Shown: in pieces, positions 18,237-29,085 of the stretch
How the letters are laid out: each line of letters starts with the position of its first letter
Position numbering within the stretch: the first letter of the stretch is position 1
NCBI GenBank assembly: GCA_963771465.1
Contig: CAVYTU010000014.1
Coordinates: 640,001 to 704,000, forward strand
Length of the DNA: 64,000 nt
Reading direction: 5' to 3'
Source of the DNA: an uncultured delta proteobacterium
GTDB lineage: Bacteria > Desulfobacterota > Binatia > UBA9968
Notes under the pieces: generated by a model
Told to the model about the DNA's origin: nothing
Databases searched by the model: none
What the model saw: the letters and a program-made list of their open reading frames with translations, nothing else
Translations under genes and position numbers: made by a program

Positions 18237-21197
18237 ATGATTCGGCCTTTGATACGCCTAATTATAATCGCGTTGTTGGTGTGGCCGGCAATTCTACTCA
18301 GTGCCGAACAACGCGCCAGACTGGATTTGCTAGTGAATCAGCAACGGACCGGCGTCATCGACGTGGTTTTCCGCGGCGATGACGTGATGACTCGTATCAC
18401 CGACCTTACTGCGGCCGGTATCGAGTACCACGGCGGACGGGTTGAAACGATCAACGGTATCCCCCATGTTTCCCTCAAGTCGCTTGCACGTACTCTTGGC
18501 TTCGAAGTACGTGAAAGCCACCTAAGTCTTGCTCTTACTACTAAACCTCCAGTCCCGCTCTCAATCGCATCAAGTGCGCCCGCCGGAGCGAAAAGCAATG
18601 AAACCAGCGCCGCATCGTCACCTCGGCCGAAAACTGGCGAAACCGTTGACTTGCTGGCACGACTTGCGTTTCATCTCGATGACGCACGGAAAGGCGAGAT
18701 CACGGTGATCCGACGGGGTAATGATGTTCTGGCGCGACTGCTCGATGTTGAAGCGCTGGAAGCCGTGACTTCTCTGGGTCGCCAAGAAAAGATCCGCGGC
18801 GAAATTTACATCTCACTCAACTCACTGGCATCACAATTTGCCTATGTGCTCGATGAACGGGACCTTACTCTACGCATCATCTCCAAGCCAAAAGACACGG
18901 AGCCCGCGGTCGTTTTAGCGAACCCATGGCCGGCGCCACCGAGCGTACATGCAGAACCACTAGCCCAAACCGATGCGCTCAAATCCACTGATCAACGAGC
19001 GATCTTCGGAATCAAAGTTAACGGAATCAAGAAATCAGAGACTGATGTTGTGCTTCGCGACGATGATGTAGTTGTGCGGCTAAAAGACTTGCAAGAGATC
19101 GGCATGGTTTCGGTCAACGGTCGCCACGAGATCATTCGTGGCGACGACTATGTTTCGCTACGATCGCTGGTTCCTACGCTGTCGTACCGTATTGACGAAA
19201 ACGAGCTAACCCTTGACCTCACTGTCACGCCCGAGGGCTTCGGCGACTATGTTGTAGCCGGGCGGGGCAGCCGTCCTGAAAAACTCGAATATCGAGAAGA
19301 CACCACCGGCTTTCTTAACTACTCGGTCAGCGCGAGCAATTTCAAGTCTCTCGATACGTTTGTTGAAACCGGGCTAACGATCAAAAACGCGCTGTTATAT
19401 AGCGGGGTTTCGAGAAATACGGATGGCTCTATCGTTCGCGGGTTTTCCAATGTTACGATCAACAACCGCGAGAATACCAACCGGATTGTTGTCGGCGACC
19501 GGCTGGTAAACTCGGATTTTCTCGGTGGCAGCGTTACGCTGGGAGGTCTGAGCTATTTTCGCGACTTCGCTTTGGATCCCTATTTCTTACGTAATCCTGG
19601 GCTGAATTATTCCGGCGCCGTATCGACTCCTTCCACTTTGGATGTCTATTCCAACGGCCGATTGATACGCCGACTGCCGCTACCGCCTGGACAATTCGAA
19701 CTCAAAGACCTGACGGTGCCAACCGGCAGCAATAATACCCGCTTCGTGATTCGCGATGCCTTCGGTCGAGAACGAGAGTTGGCATCCCAGTTTTTTTATT
19801 TCACTTCGGGATTATTACGACCCGGCCTGCACGACTTCAGCTACAATCTCGGCTCGCTCCGCGAGGACATCGGCGTAAAAAACTGGGGCTACGGCCTGCC
19901 GGTGCTCCTGGCGCAACATCGCTATGGCTTCACGGAATTTTTAACTGGGGGGTTACGTTTAGAAGGTGGCAGAGGTTTGTTGAGTGGCGGGCCGAGTTTT
20001 TCGTTTCTGCTGCCGATCGGTGAGATGGAGTTCGCCAGCGCGGCCAGCACCGAACGGAGCACCGGCGGTGGCGCCGGGTTCTTGGGTTACAACTATGTGA
20101 ATGGCGACTATAGTTTTGGCACTTCGGTCAAAGTTCAAAGTGATCATTACGCCACCACAAGTCTGAGCTCGAAGAAACCCCGCTCCTGGTTGGAATCCGG
20201 TGCCTACATCGCTTTTCCCGTCACCGACCGGGTCGGTGTCAATTTCCGTTACGGCTTCGAGGATTCACGCGAGGATGGTGCGCAGCATAGGCTTCGTCTG
20301 CGCGGATCCGCATGGCTCAGCAAACTAATGAATTTCTATATCGACGGCAATCTCGATCTGCAAGGACGTAAACGATCGGCGGGTTTTAGCACCGGATTGA
20401 GCATCAGCCTCGGCGAGATAACCGGATCGATGAATTTTCAGAATGAAGACGGGCAATCGAGCGCCATTGTGGAAATGCGTAAAAGTCTGCCGATCGGTCC
20501 TGGATACGGCTATGGGCTTCAGGCGAGCACAAGGGGCGACCTGGACAGCATCGTTCAATATCAAACTTCCTTTGGTCGCTATGAAGCAAATTTCAGCCGC
20601 CTCGACGGTCACCAGCAATCCTACATGCGGGCGGCGGGCGGGCTGGCCTTCATCGACGGGAATTTTAGATTCACCCGACCCGTGCAAGATGGTTTCGCGT
20701 TGATCAAAGTTCCCGGACTCACCGGGATTCGAGGTTATCTCAACAACCTAGATGTCGGCACGACGGATTCGCAAGGACGTTTATTCGTGCCCAATCTACT
20801 TTCTTATTACGGCAACCGTCTGAGTATTTCCCGCGGCCAGCTGCCGATAAATTACAATGCCGATGTCACCGACAAGATCGTCGCCGCGCCCCATCGTGGC
20901 GGCGTGGTGGTTGAATTTCCCGTGGCGCGCATTCAGCGCCTCGTTGGCAAAGCGGTCATTGATCAGCGCGCGCATACGATCGTCCCCAAGCATGGCCAAT
21001 TGACCGTATCCGTTCAGGGTAAGACGGTCGAGTCGCCGCTTGGAAACAATGGGGAGTTTTACTTTGAAAATTTACCATCAGGCAGCCATCCGGCGAAAAT
21101 CGAATTTGCCGATGATCTATGCGAGCTCGCACTAGACGTGCCAAAGACTGCCGACGAGATCATTCAGTTGGGAACGGTGCGCTGCCAGATGCAGTGA
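18237..21197 (+). CDS. Fimbrial outer membrane usher (CsuD-like) with triplicated N-terminal domain
   Basis: FLNYS, VGD, LGGLSYFRDF, PSTLDVYSNG, PGQFEL, RDAFGRE, LLRPGLHDFSY, RYGFT, TDSQG, C-terminal Cys pair; 986 aa. Confidence 0.92.
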   Translation: MIRPLIRLIIIALLVWPAILLSAEQRARLDLLVNQQRTGVIDVVFRGDDVMTRITDLTAAGIEYHGGRVETINGIPHVSLKSLARTLGFEVRESHLSLALTTKPPVPLSIASSAPAGAKSNETSAASSPRPKTGETVDLLARLAFHLDDARKGEITVIRRGNDVLARLLDVEALEAVTSLGRQEKIRGEIYISLNSLASQFAYVLDERDLTLRIISKPKDTEPAVVLANPWPAPPSVHAEPLAQTDALKSTDQRAIFGIKVNGIKKSETDVVLRDDDVVVRLKDLQEIGMVSVNGRHEIIRGDDYVSLRSLVPTLSYRIDENELTLDLTVTPEGFGDYVVAGRGSRPEKLEYREDTTGFLNYSVSASNFKSLDTFVETGLTIKNALLYSGVSRNTDGSIVRGFSNVTINNRENTNRIVVGDRLVNSDFLGGSVTLGGLSYFRDFALDPYFLRNPGLNYSGAVSTPSTLDVYSNGRLIRRLPLPPGQFELKDLTVPTGSNNTRFVIRDAFGRERELASQFFYFTSGLLRPGLHDFSYNLGSLREDIGVKNWGYGLPVLLAQHRYGFTEFLTGGLRLEGGRGLLSGGPSFSFLLPIGEMEFASAASTERSTGGGAGFLGYNYVNGDYSFGTSVKVQSDHYATTSLSSKKPRSWLESGAYIAFPVTDRVGVNFRYGFEDSREDGAQHRLRLRGSAWLSKLMNFYIDGNLDLQGRKRSAGFSTGLSISLGEITGSMNFQNEDGQSSAIVEMRKSLPIGPGYGYGLQASTRGDLDSIVQYQTSFGRYEANFSRLDGHQQSYMRAAGGLAFIDGNFRFTRPVQDGFALIKVPGLTGIRGYLNNLDVGTTDSQGRLFVPNLLSYYGNRLSISRGQLPINYNADVTDKIVAAPHRGGVVVEFPVARIQRLVGKAVIDQRAHTIVPKHGQLTVSVQGKTVESPLGNNGEFYFENLPSGSHPAKIEFADDLCELALDVPKTADEIIQLGTVRCQMQ

Positions 21198-21207
21198 CCT
21201 TGAAGGT

Positions 21208-21678
21208 ATGGAATTACGAATTCTTTATCTGACCGCGTTCATCGCTCTGGCTTGTGGGATAACCAGCAGCGCGCACGCGGGTCAGGCCTCCGGTTGTAGC
21301 CTCGGTGGCGCTGCCATCGCCTTTGGTGTGTATGACCCGACTATTTTAGTGTCTACCGATACAGCGGGGACGCTTGTCTACCGATGTAGCCAGAATGATC
21401 ACAACATCATGATTACGCTAAGCGTCGGCAGCGGGACATCATACGCCACACGGCGCATGGTTAGTGGCAGCGAACAGCTCTTCTACAATCTCTACCGGGA
21501 TGCCGCCCGACAGGTGATTTGGGGCGACGGCACGGGTGGTACCCAGGCATACTTACTTAAAAATCCCCAGGGTAACAACCAAGATATCAGCGTGCCGATC
21601 TTCGGCCGCATCCCACCAAGCCAGAATGTTGGTGTCGGTAGTTACAGCGACACAATTACGGTGTCGCTCAATTTTTGA
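21208..21678 (+). CDS. SCPU/Csu-type single-domain pilin (likely tip subunit)
   Basis: Signal peptide, CS..IAFGVYDP, LFYNLYRDAARQVIWGDG, IFGRIPPSQ..GSYSDTITVSLNF. Confidence 0.88.
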   Translation: MELRILYLTAFIALACGITSSAHAGQASGCSLGGAAIAFGVYDPTILVSTDTAGTLVYRCSQNDHNIMITLSVGSGTSYATRRMVSGSEQLFYNLYRDAARQVIWGDGTGGTQAYLLKNPQGNNQDISVPIFGRIPPSQNVGVGSYSDTITVSLNF

Positions 21679-21699
21679 ACCGGGGCGCGGCCAAGCGCG

Positions 21700-23295
21700 C
21701 TATTTCTTGTTCTCTTCTCCCGGCTGCTTGCCTGGCTCGAAGCCGCCAACTTCGTGATAGACGACCTCTTTTTTCTCCTCAAACGCTCTGACCTCTGGGA
21801 TCTGTCCGGGCAAGCCGAGTTTCTTCCACTCGCTGGCAACCTTGTCGTACATCTCTTTGCGCAGCGCGGTGCGTTTGGAAAAGACCGGCAGGTAACGATG
21901 CTCTTTGCAGGCGTTGATCAACGCTTTTGATCCATAGGGACGTTTCTCCGGCGGATTCTGCGTTGGATCAAGCCAGGTTGACCACGTGTTGCGCAATATG
22001 TCGACATCATCGATGGGGTTGCAACGGCTGCTCATCGCCCAGATGACTTGGTCCATGTCGGTTGGATCGACGTCTTCATCGACGGCAATGATCCATTTGG
22101 TGTAGTACGCGCCTCCGGGAACCTGCGCGGCTAACGCGAGCGCTTGTGCGGCGTGGCCCGCATAGCGCTGTTCCAGCGCGATCACGGTCATGCCGAAACC
22201 GCCGGCGCCGGCGGGATGCGCGTAGATGCCTTGGATTCCCGGCACGCCGAGTTTATCGAGATCGTCCCATATCCGCGCCGAGCGGATGATCGAGAAGAAG
22301 CCGCTCTGTTCATTGGATGGATAGTCAGCCATCAGTGCGTTGGTGAGAATCGGATTGTTGCGATAATGCACCGCGGTGATTTCCACCAACGGACAACCGG
22401 CTTCGGGCCGGCCGTAATAGCCAGGGAATTCGCCGAACGGTCCTTCGCTCCGCACCGAATTCGGCTTGATGATACCTTCGATCACAAACTCAGCATTTGC
22501 CGGTAGTAATAGATTGGTCGTCTTGCCTTTGACCACCGGAATCGGTTCACCTTTGATGCCGCCTAAGTATTCATACTCCGAGACATTCTTGGGAAAAGTC
22601 TGCGAGCCAAGGACCATGAACAACGGATCGATTCCCCAAGCCGCGGCGACTTCGACCGGCTTGCCCTGTTGCCATGAGCGTGTAATGTGCAAGCGCGCGT
22701 CTTTGCCTGGCGACAGGTAAAGGCCGCATTCATTTTTGCCTTGGAGCATCATGCGGTATGTGCCGACGTTGAGATAGCCGCTGTCCGGATCGCGGGTGAT
22801 TACGCAATCGGCGGTGCCGGCGTAACGGCCGCCGTCGAGGGGCCAGTGGCGCGGAATCGGCAATTGGGTCAAGTCGATTTGGTCGCCGGTGAGCGTGTTT
22901 TGAAAGAAACCGGCGTCGGCGGGTTTGACTTCCCGTGGCATCATGCGGTTTTTCAGTTTGTCCTTCACGCGGCGAATCAGTTCCACCGTCGGCGTGTCGT
23001 GCGGCTCTTCCAGAGTGAGCGCTATGCGCGGAATGCTCGGACCTAAAATATTCCACAGCGACTGCGCTTTGTACGGGCTATTTTCATAGCCTTTGATGTT
23101 GTCGAACAGGATCGCCGGCGACGGTTTTTGTTTGGCGACGAGGTAGCCGATGGCGCTCATCTCTTCTTCACAGCTGACCGATTCCTTGACGCGCACCAAA
23201 TCACCCAATGCTTCGACTCGGCTCAACCATTCGCGCAGGTCTTGAATCGGTTTTTTGCTCGCGCTCTCGGTTATTTTTTCTTCTCGTTTGGCCAT
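21700..23295 (-). CDS. UbiD family (prFMN-dependent) decarboxylase
   Basis: DLREWL..GDL, DGGRY, NVGTYRM, EGPFGEFPGYY, VDEDVDP; ATG 23295 after GGAGG. Confidence 0.92.
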   Translation of the reverse strand: MAKREEKITESASKKPIQDLREWLSRVEALGDLVRVKESVSCEEEMSAIGYLVAKQKPSPAILFDNIKGYENSPYKAQSLWNILGPSIPRIALTLEEPHDTPTVELIRRVKDKLKNRMMPREVKPADAGFFQNTLTGDQIDLTQLPIPRHWPLDGGRYAGTADCVITRDPDSGYLNVGTYRMMLQGKNECGLYLSPGKDARLHITRSWQQGKPVEVAAAWGIDPLFMVLGSQTFPKNVSEYEYLGGIKGEPIPVVKGKTTNLLLPANAEFVIEGIIKPNSVRSEGPFGEFPGYYGRPEAGCPLVEITAVHYRNNPILTNALMADYPSNEQSGFFSIIRSARIWDDLDKLGVPGIQGIYAHPAGAGGFGMTVIALEQRYAGHAAQALALAAQVPGGAYYTKWIIAVDEDVDPTDMDQVIWAMSSRCNPIDDVDILRNTWSTWLDPTQNPPEKRPYGSKALINACKEHRYLPVFSKRTALRKEMYDKVASEWKKLGLPGQIPEVRAFEEKKEVVYHEVGGFEPGKQPGEENKK

Positions 23296-23342
23296 CGAAC
23301 TTTCCTCCAAATATTGATGTGCAGCTAGGTATTTCTAAACTT

Positions 23343-24089
23343 CTACAAGCGTCCGCCTCTGGGTAGCAAGGAGCGAAAATAGGCGAAGGCATCGTAGGAA
23401 CGAAACATCATGTTTTCTTTCATGTAGTCGATTTCTTTTTGCGGCATGACTGTCGGTTTGCCGACGCAACTGGCGACGAACTGCATGTAAGCCGTCCGCT
23501 CTAGATAAATCGCGTGGACGGTAGCATATTCCAAGCTATCGCCAACCACAACAATGCCGTGGCCCTTGAGCAACATCGCCATGCGGTCTTGGAGCGTGGC
23601 GCAAAGCTCTTTGCCGTCTTGCATTGTGTAGATCAGCCGCGGGCTCGGAAAAATCGGCGTCTCGGGTGCGAACACGGCGGCCTGATTATAAATCGGCAGG
23701 ATCGGCGTGCCGGCCACGGAAAACGCCGTGGCCAAAGTCTGGTGGGTATGCACCACGGAGTTCACTTCGGGCCGGGCATTATAGATCGCCGCGTGAATCA
23801 TGGTTTCACGGGGTGGATTCTTTATTTTGGTCACGGCTCGTTTGCTGCCGGCTTTGGCGTAGTTCTGTTCACAAACTTCGAAGTACTGGTCGATGTCGAC
23901 CTCGATGATATGTTTTGGCGCCACTTCACCCAGCGGCGCGAGCACCGGCTTGATGAAAAATCGGCGTGTTTCCGGGATGCGCGCGCTGACATGGCCGTGG
24001 TAGTCGGCCAAGCCTTGATGGAACATGATGCGGTTGCCGAGGGCGACTTTCTTTTTGATTTCTTCGAGATCCTTTTTGCTGAGTTTCAC
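23343..24089 (-). CDS. Class II aldolase/adducin family metalloenzyme
   Basis: GHVSAR, PPRETMIHAAIY..RPEVNSVVHTH, LLKGHG. Confidence 0.88.
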   Translation of the reverse strand: MKLSKKDLEEIKKKVALGNRIMFHQGLADYHGHVSARIPETRRFFIKPVLAPLGEVAPKHIIEVDIDQYFEVCEQNYAKAGSKRAVTKIKNPPRETMIHAAIYNARPEVNSVVHTHQTLATAFSVAGTPILPIYNQAAVFAPETPIFPSPRLIYTMQDGKELCATLQDRMAMLLKGHGIVVVGDSLEYATVHAIYLERTAYMQFVASCVGKPTVMPQKEIDYMKENMMFRSYDAFAYFRSLLPRGGRL

Positions 24090-24112
24090 CTGCCTCCCCT
24101 TTCGCTGTCCAT

Positions 24113-25060
24113 TTACACTGCTTGTCGGAGTTGTTTTTTTTCACCGGCCAATAGTTTGTGATTCTCCACCCAATGGTGAACATTCATCCAATTCCACTGG
24201 TCCGGATAAGCGCGCACCGTCTGTTCGAGCCACCGCGTCATGCGCACGGTGTTCTCTTGAACTTCCATATTTCCTTTGGCAGATCGGTCGAGTTCCAGTT
24301 CCGGTTCGACAATCAGTTTGAGACCGTCATCCGGTTGGCGAATCAAATAAACCGGAACGATCGCCGCACCGGTTCTGAGCGCCAAAGTCGCCGGCCCGCG
24401 CCGTGAAATCACCGTACCGCCAAAAAAGGGCACTTCGACACCGTTGCCATTACGAAACTCATCCGCGATTACGATCGCAAGTCGATTTTTTCGCAGTACC
24501 CCATTCAACTCGCGCAGTGCCTCGCGTCGCGGTCGCGCGTGGATCGTTTGCTGGCGTATCTTTAAACGATAGGCGTCCACCAGCTTGGCGACGCTGCGAT
24601 CGCGCGGTGGATTTACCAGCACCGAGGTCGCGTATCCCTCGACGGCTAGACGCGATCCGACCAGAAAAAAATTACCCAGATGCGCGCTCAGAACGAGAAC
24701 GCCATTGCCCTTTGCCAACGCGGCATCGAGATTCTCCCGACCGACGAGGATGACCCGCTCGCGGATTTCGTCGTCAGAAGACTCGATGGCGATCAATAAC
24801 TCGACGCAGCAACGAAAAAAATTACGTAACGAACGCTGTGCCAAGGCATCGATCGCAACGGCGCTTACCCGATCGCCCAGAGCGATTCGAAGATTGGCAA
24901 CCGACCGGTGACGAAAATTACGAAAACAACGATAGCCGATGGCCGCGAGCCGATCAGAGATCCAATAGAGTGTTCGCGGCGAAGTTTTGGCCACGCCGCA
25001 ACCAATCTTGAAACCAAACCACGTGCTCAGATGAGCGACTTTTCCGCTTAACTGGGACAT
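24113..25060 (-). CDS. Lysophospholipid/lipid A late acyltransferase (LpxL-like)
   Basis: NLRIAL, GRENLDAALAKGNGVLVLSAHLGN, VPFFG, GPATLALRTGA, YPDQWNW. Confidence 0.85.
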   Translation of the reverse strand: MSQLSGKVAHLSTWFGFKIGCGVAKTSPRTLYWISDRLAAIGYRCFRNFRHRSVANLRIALGDRVSAVAIDALAQRSLRNFFRCCVELLIAIESSDDEIRERVILVGRENLDAALAKGNGVLVLSAHLGNFFLVGSRLAVEGYATSVLVNPPRDRSVAKLVDAYRLKIRQQTIHARPRREALRELNGVLRKNRLAIVIADEFRNGNGVEVPFFGGTVISRRGPATLALRTGAAIVPVYLIRQPDDGLKLIVEPELELDRSAKGNMEVQENTVRMTRWLEQTVRAYPDQWNWMNVHHWVENHKLLAGEKKQLRQAV

Positions 25061-25295
25061 TTATTTAGCGATTGGACGTCGGGCCGCGCGTCACAAAGTA
25101 GGCCAATCTACGACACTTTTTTTATCGTCGCAAGAGCGCTTGAGAGCGCGTGCAGCGATGGCTTGGTAGTCACGAAACTCCCAAGAAAACAGCTATTTAG
25201 ATACATGGCTCGATTTCATTAGCGGGCTACGCCTGTTCCTATCAATGGTTTTGTGTGGTAGAAATCAAAAACCTTTGTGAACCCGGAAAATTGTT

Positions 25296-25673
25296 ATGCG
25301 GATGATCTTGCCCCCAACCAGAGAGCGTCGTGTCGTGGACCGTCTACTGTCCGCTTTCTTTCAGGACTACAAGGCGGTGGATTTTAAGAAAGCGATCGCC
25401 ACGCTATGCCGGTTTTACCATTTGAAGAATCCTAAAGTTGAATGGTTTGAGTATATCGACTGGGGTAAGACTGCCGGTAAGACCTACGAGAACGGCCAGA
25501 TTTATCTAGTCCACCCAGAGAATTGGAAAAAGGGAAGAAAATACAATACCGAGCGACGTTGGATTAGCATGGTTTATCACGAGATCGGCCACTACGTTTT
25601 TTGGGCGGACGCGGAGAACAAGGCAGACATGTTTGCCTCGCGCATGGTGCGCGGTCTAAATCATCACAAATGA
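25296..25673 (+). CDS. Small hypothetical protein with HExxH zincin motif
   Basis: YHEIGH followed by AENKADMFA; fills the gap before ileS. Confidence 0.7.
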   Translation: MRMILPPTRERRVVDRLLSAFFQDYKAVDFKKAIATLCRFYHLKNPKVEWFEYIDWGKTAGKTYENGQIYLVHPENWKKGRKYNTERRWISMVYHEIGHYVFWADAENKADMFASRMVRGLNHHK

Positions 25674-25737
25674 GGAATCGAGACAGGGATGGAGACCGGC
25701 TGTCGCTTCTCTATCACCCGTCTTTATCTATTCAGCT

Positions 25738-28572
25738 ATGGACTACAAAGACACGTTAAATTTGCCCAAAACCGATTTCCCCATGCGCGGCAATCTGCCG
25801 CAAAATGAACCGAAGCAGGTCGAAAAATGGGATAAAGACGGCACGTATTTTCAAATTCTCGGGGCCAATCAGGGCAAGCCACGTTTCATTCTCCACGACG
25901 GGCCGCCCTACGCCAATGGCAACATTCATATCGGCCACGCACTCAACAAGATCCTCAAAGACATCATCGTCAAGTATCACGCGATGACCGGCCACTCTGC
26001 GCCGTATGTGCCGGGCTGGGATTGCCATGGCCTGCCGATCGAGCTGCAGGTGGAAAAGAATCTCGGCAGAGCGAAGAAGCTGGCGCTGAGCAAGGTGGAA
26101 ATTCGACGGCTGTGCAAAGAATACGCGGAAAAATATATCGCTATCCAGCGCGAAGAGTTCAAACGGCTCGGCGTGCTCGGCGATTGGGACAAACCTTATC
26201 GCACGCTGGAGCCGCAGTATGAAGCGCAGGAAGTGCGTGAATTAGGAAAATTCGTCGCCTCCGGCACGCTCTACCGGCGCAAGAAACCGGTTTACTGGTG
26301 CGCGTCCTGCGTGACGGCGCTAGCGGAAGCAGAAGTCGAGTACGAAGATCATACGTCGACTTCCGTCTATGTAAAATTCGCCGTAAAGGATGCCAAAGGG
26401 TTGTTTGCGGTCGATCCGTTAAACGGAACGTCTTTTGTAATTTGGACAACGACCCCTTGGACTTTACCGGCCAACCAAGCGATCGCCGTACACCCAAAAT
26501 TCATGTATCGACAGGTTAAGACTTCCAAGGGTGAACTCATCATCAATCAGGAACTCATCCCCAATGTAATGAGTGCTATCGGTCTGGAGCCGAGTCAATA
26601 TGAAATTACTCCGGGCGCTTGGACCGGCACCGAGCTAGAAGGCGTGGTTTGCCAGCATCCTTGGCTCGAGCGCGAGTCGAAAATTGTCCTCGGCGATTAT
26701 GTGACCCAGGATCAAGGCACCGGCTGCGTTCACATTGCGCCAGGACATGGCCAGGAAGACTACGAAGTCGGTATGCGCTACGGCTTGCCGGTCATGGCGC
26801 CGGTGGATCCGGAAGGAAGGTTCACTGCGGAAGCCGGAGATCTGCAAGGCGAGTCGGTTTTCAAAGCCGACCCGCGCATCGTGCAAAAACTGATCGACCG
26901 TGGCGCGTTGCTCAAGGAAGATAAACTCACGCATAGCTATCCGCACTGCTGGCGCTGTAAAAAGCCGGTGATCTTTCGCGCCACCGAGCAGTGGTTTATC
27001 TCCATGGAGAAAAACGACCTGCGTAATCAAGCGCTCAAGGCGATCGATGAGGTGAAATGGATTCCGCCTTGGGGCCGCGACCGGATTCGCGGCATGCTCG
27101 AAGCGCGGCCGGACTGGTGTATCTCGCGCCAGCGCTCATGGGGCGTGCCGATCCCGGCGGTGTATTGCAAGCAATGCAATCACGCGGTTCTCACCCAGGA
27201 GATTTGCGATCACGTTGCCGGAATTTTCGCGCAAGAAGGTTCGGATGCTTGGTACATTCGGCCACTAAACGAACTTGTACCGCCGAATCTCGCTTGCCCC
27301 GACTGCGGCGGCCGTGATTTTACCCGCGAAGAAGACATTCTCGACGTCTGGTTTGACTCCGGCGTGAGCTATGCCTCGGTGGTTGAACAAGATCCGCGTC
27401 TCGGCGGGCGCGCCGATCTTTATCTCGAAGGCAGCGACCAGCACCGCGGCTGGTTTCATACCGCGCTGTTAACTTCGCTGGCGACGCGTGACCGGGCGCC
27501 CTATGAAAGCGTATTGACCCATGGCTTCACCCTCGACGGTAAAGGACGAAAAATGTCCAAGTCCTTGGGCAATACCATCGCGCCGCAAGATATCGCAAAA
27601 AAATCCGGCGCGGAAATATTGCGCTTATGGGTTTCGGCTGAGGACTACCGCGAAGATGTGCGCATCTCCGATGAAATTCTCAATCGTTTAGTCGAAGCTT
27701 ACCGGCGGGTGCGCAACACGGCGCGCTTTCTGATCAGCAATCTTTACGATTTCGACCCAACCGCGGATCGAGTTGCGCGAGAAGAACTCGATGAACTCGA
27801 CCGTTGGATTCTCGGGCGCACGGAAAATCTCCTGGCGCGCTGCCGCGAGGCTTACGACAATTACGAGTTCCATGTCGTCTATCACAGCCTGAATAACTTC
27901 TGCAGCGTCGATCTGAGCGCGCAATATTTGGACATCGTCAAAGATCGGCTCTACTGCGAGGGCGCCAAGTCAATCCAGCGGCGCGCCGCGCAGACGACCA
28001 TTTACCGGATTCTCGACGTCCTGGCTCACCTGACTGCGCCGATCTTGTCTTTCACCGCCGAGGAAATCTGGAATTACATGCCGGACAAAGCCAAGCGGCC
28101 AAAGAGCGTTTTTCTATCGCAGATTCCCGAACCGGATTTAACGATTGTCGACACTGCGCTCGCGGAGAAATGGGATCGCATCTTGCGCGAACGCAGCGAA
28201 GTGTTGAAAGCCTTGGAGCAGGCGCGCACGGCCGGGATCATCGGCCATTCGCTCGATGCTCAAGTTGTTTTCGAAAACCGTAACGGTGATCATGGTTCGA
28301 TCCTGCGCAAGTTGATTCACGCCGATCGCAACCGTCTGCAAGATTTGCTGATCGTGTCTCAAGCGAGCGAGACCGTTGAGGTTGGAGGCGGCACTGGCGA
28401 AGAATCGAGCTACGATGCGCCGCTGCTCAATTGCTCGGTTAAGGTGCGCAAAGCCGAAGGCGGCAAATGCGAGCGCTGTTGGAAGTATGATATTAAAGTC
28501 GGCACCGATAAGAATCATCCGACGGTTTGCGCGCGCTGCGCTGCGGTGCTCAACGGCGGAGCGGCGGTTTGA
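25738..28572 (+). CDS. ileS: Isoleucine--tRNA ligase
   Basis: [41 protein letters not shown]-terminal Zn finger CERCW...CARC. Confidence 0.98.
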   Translation: MDYKDTLNLPKTDFPMRGNLPQNEPKQVEKWDKDGTYFQILGANQGKPRFILHDGPPYANGNIHIGHALNKILKDIIVKYHAMTGHSAPYVPGWDCHGLPIELQVEKNLGRAKKLALSKVEIRRLCKEYAEKYIAIQREEFKRLGVLGDWDKPYRTLEPQYEAQEVRELGKFVASGTLYRRKKPVYWCASCVTALAEAEVEYEDHTSTSVYVKFAVKDAKGLFAVDPLNGTSFVIWTTTPWTLPANQAIAVHPKFMYRQVKTSKGELIINQELIPNVMSAIGLEPSQYEITPGAWTGTELEGVVCQHPWLERESKIVLGDYVTQDQGTGCVHIAPGHGQEDYEVGMRYGLPVMAPVDPEGRFTAEAGDLQGESVFKADPRIVQKLIDRGALLKEDKLTHSYPHCWRCKKPVIFRATEQWFISMEKNDLRNQALKAIDEVKWIPPWGRDRIRGMLEARPDWCISRQRSWGVPIPAVYCKQCNHAVLTQEICDHVAGIFAQEGSDAWYIRPLNELVPPNLACPDCGGRDFTREEDILDVWFDSGVSYASVVEQDPRLGGRADLYLEGSDQHRGWFHTALLTSLATRDRAPYESVLTHGFTLDGKGRKMSKSLGNTIAPQDIAKKSGAEILRLWVSAEDYREDVRISDEILNRLVEAYRRVRNTARFLISNLYDFDPTADRVAREELDELDRWILGRTENLLARCREAYDNYEFHVVYHSLNNFCSVDLSAQYLDIVKDRLYCEGAKSIQRRAAQTTIYRILDVLAHLTAPILSFTAEEIWNYMPDKAKRPKSVFLSQIPEPDLTIVDTALAEKWDRILRERSEVLKALEQARTAGIIGHSLDAQVVFENRNGDHGSILRKLIHADRNRLQDLLIVSQASETVEVGGGTGEESSYDAPLLNCSVKVRKAEGGKCERCWKYDIKVGTDKNHPTVCARCAAVLNGGAAV

Positions 28573-29066
28573 GCGCCAAGTGGAAGTTTGTCAGCGGCTG
28601 GCTCGCCGTTATTGTCATCCTCGATCAGTTGACCAAGTTCATCGTCGATCGGTCGATGCCTCTGCATCACTCCATTCCTATCATCGACGGCTTTTTCAAC
28701 CTGACCTATGTGCGTAACACCGGCGCGGCGTTCGGCCTCTTCGCCGGTAGCGCAGAGGTTTTCCGCCGGCCTTTTTTGATTTTGGTGTCGATTCTTGCCA
28801 GCGTGTTCATTATCAGCATGATGAAACGGTTGGCGGAGAAGGAAACTGGGCTCATCACTGGGCTTTCTTTCATTCTTGGCGGCGCCATCGGTAATCTCAT
28901 CGATCGCGTGTTCTACGGCGAGGTGATCGATTTTCTCGACGTCTACTGGCGCAATTACCACTGGCCGGCTTTCAACATCGCCGATAGCTTCATCACCATC
29001 GGCGTCGGAATTATGCTTTATTTTCTTTACCAGCATGAAGGCGACGATCCGTTCGCGCGCAAATAG
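28569..29066 (+). CDS. lspA: Lipoprotein signal peptidase II
   Basis: [35 protein letters not shown]; TTG overlaps the ileS stop. Confidence 0.95.
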   Translation: MSAKWKFVSGWLAVIVILDQLTKFIVDRSMPLHHSIPIIDGFFNLTYVRNTGAAFGLFAGSAEVFRRPFLILVSILASVFIISMMKRLAEKETGLITGLSFILGGAIGNLIDRVFYGEVIDFLDVYWRNYHWPAFNIADSFITIGVGIMLYFLYQHEGDDPFARK

Positions 29067-29085
29067 CGTTGCACTACTGCCGGCC

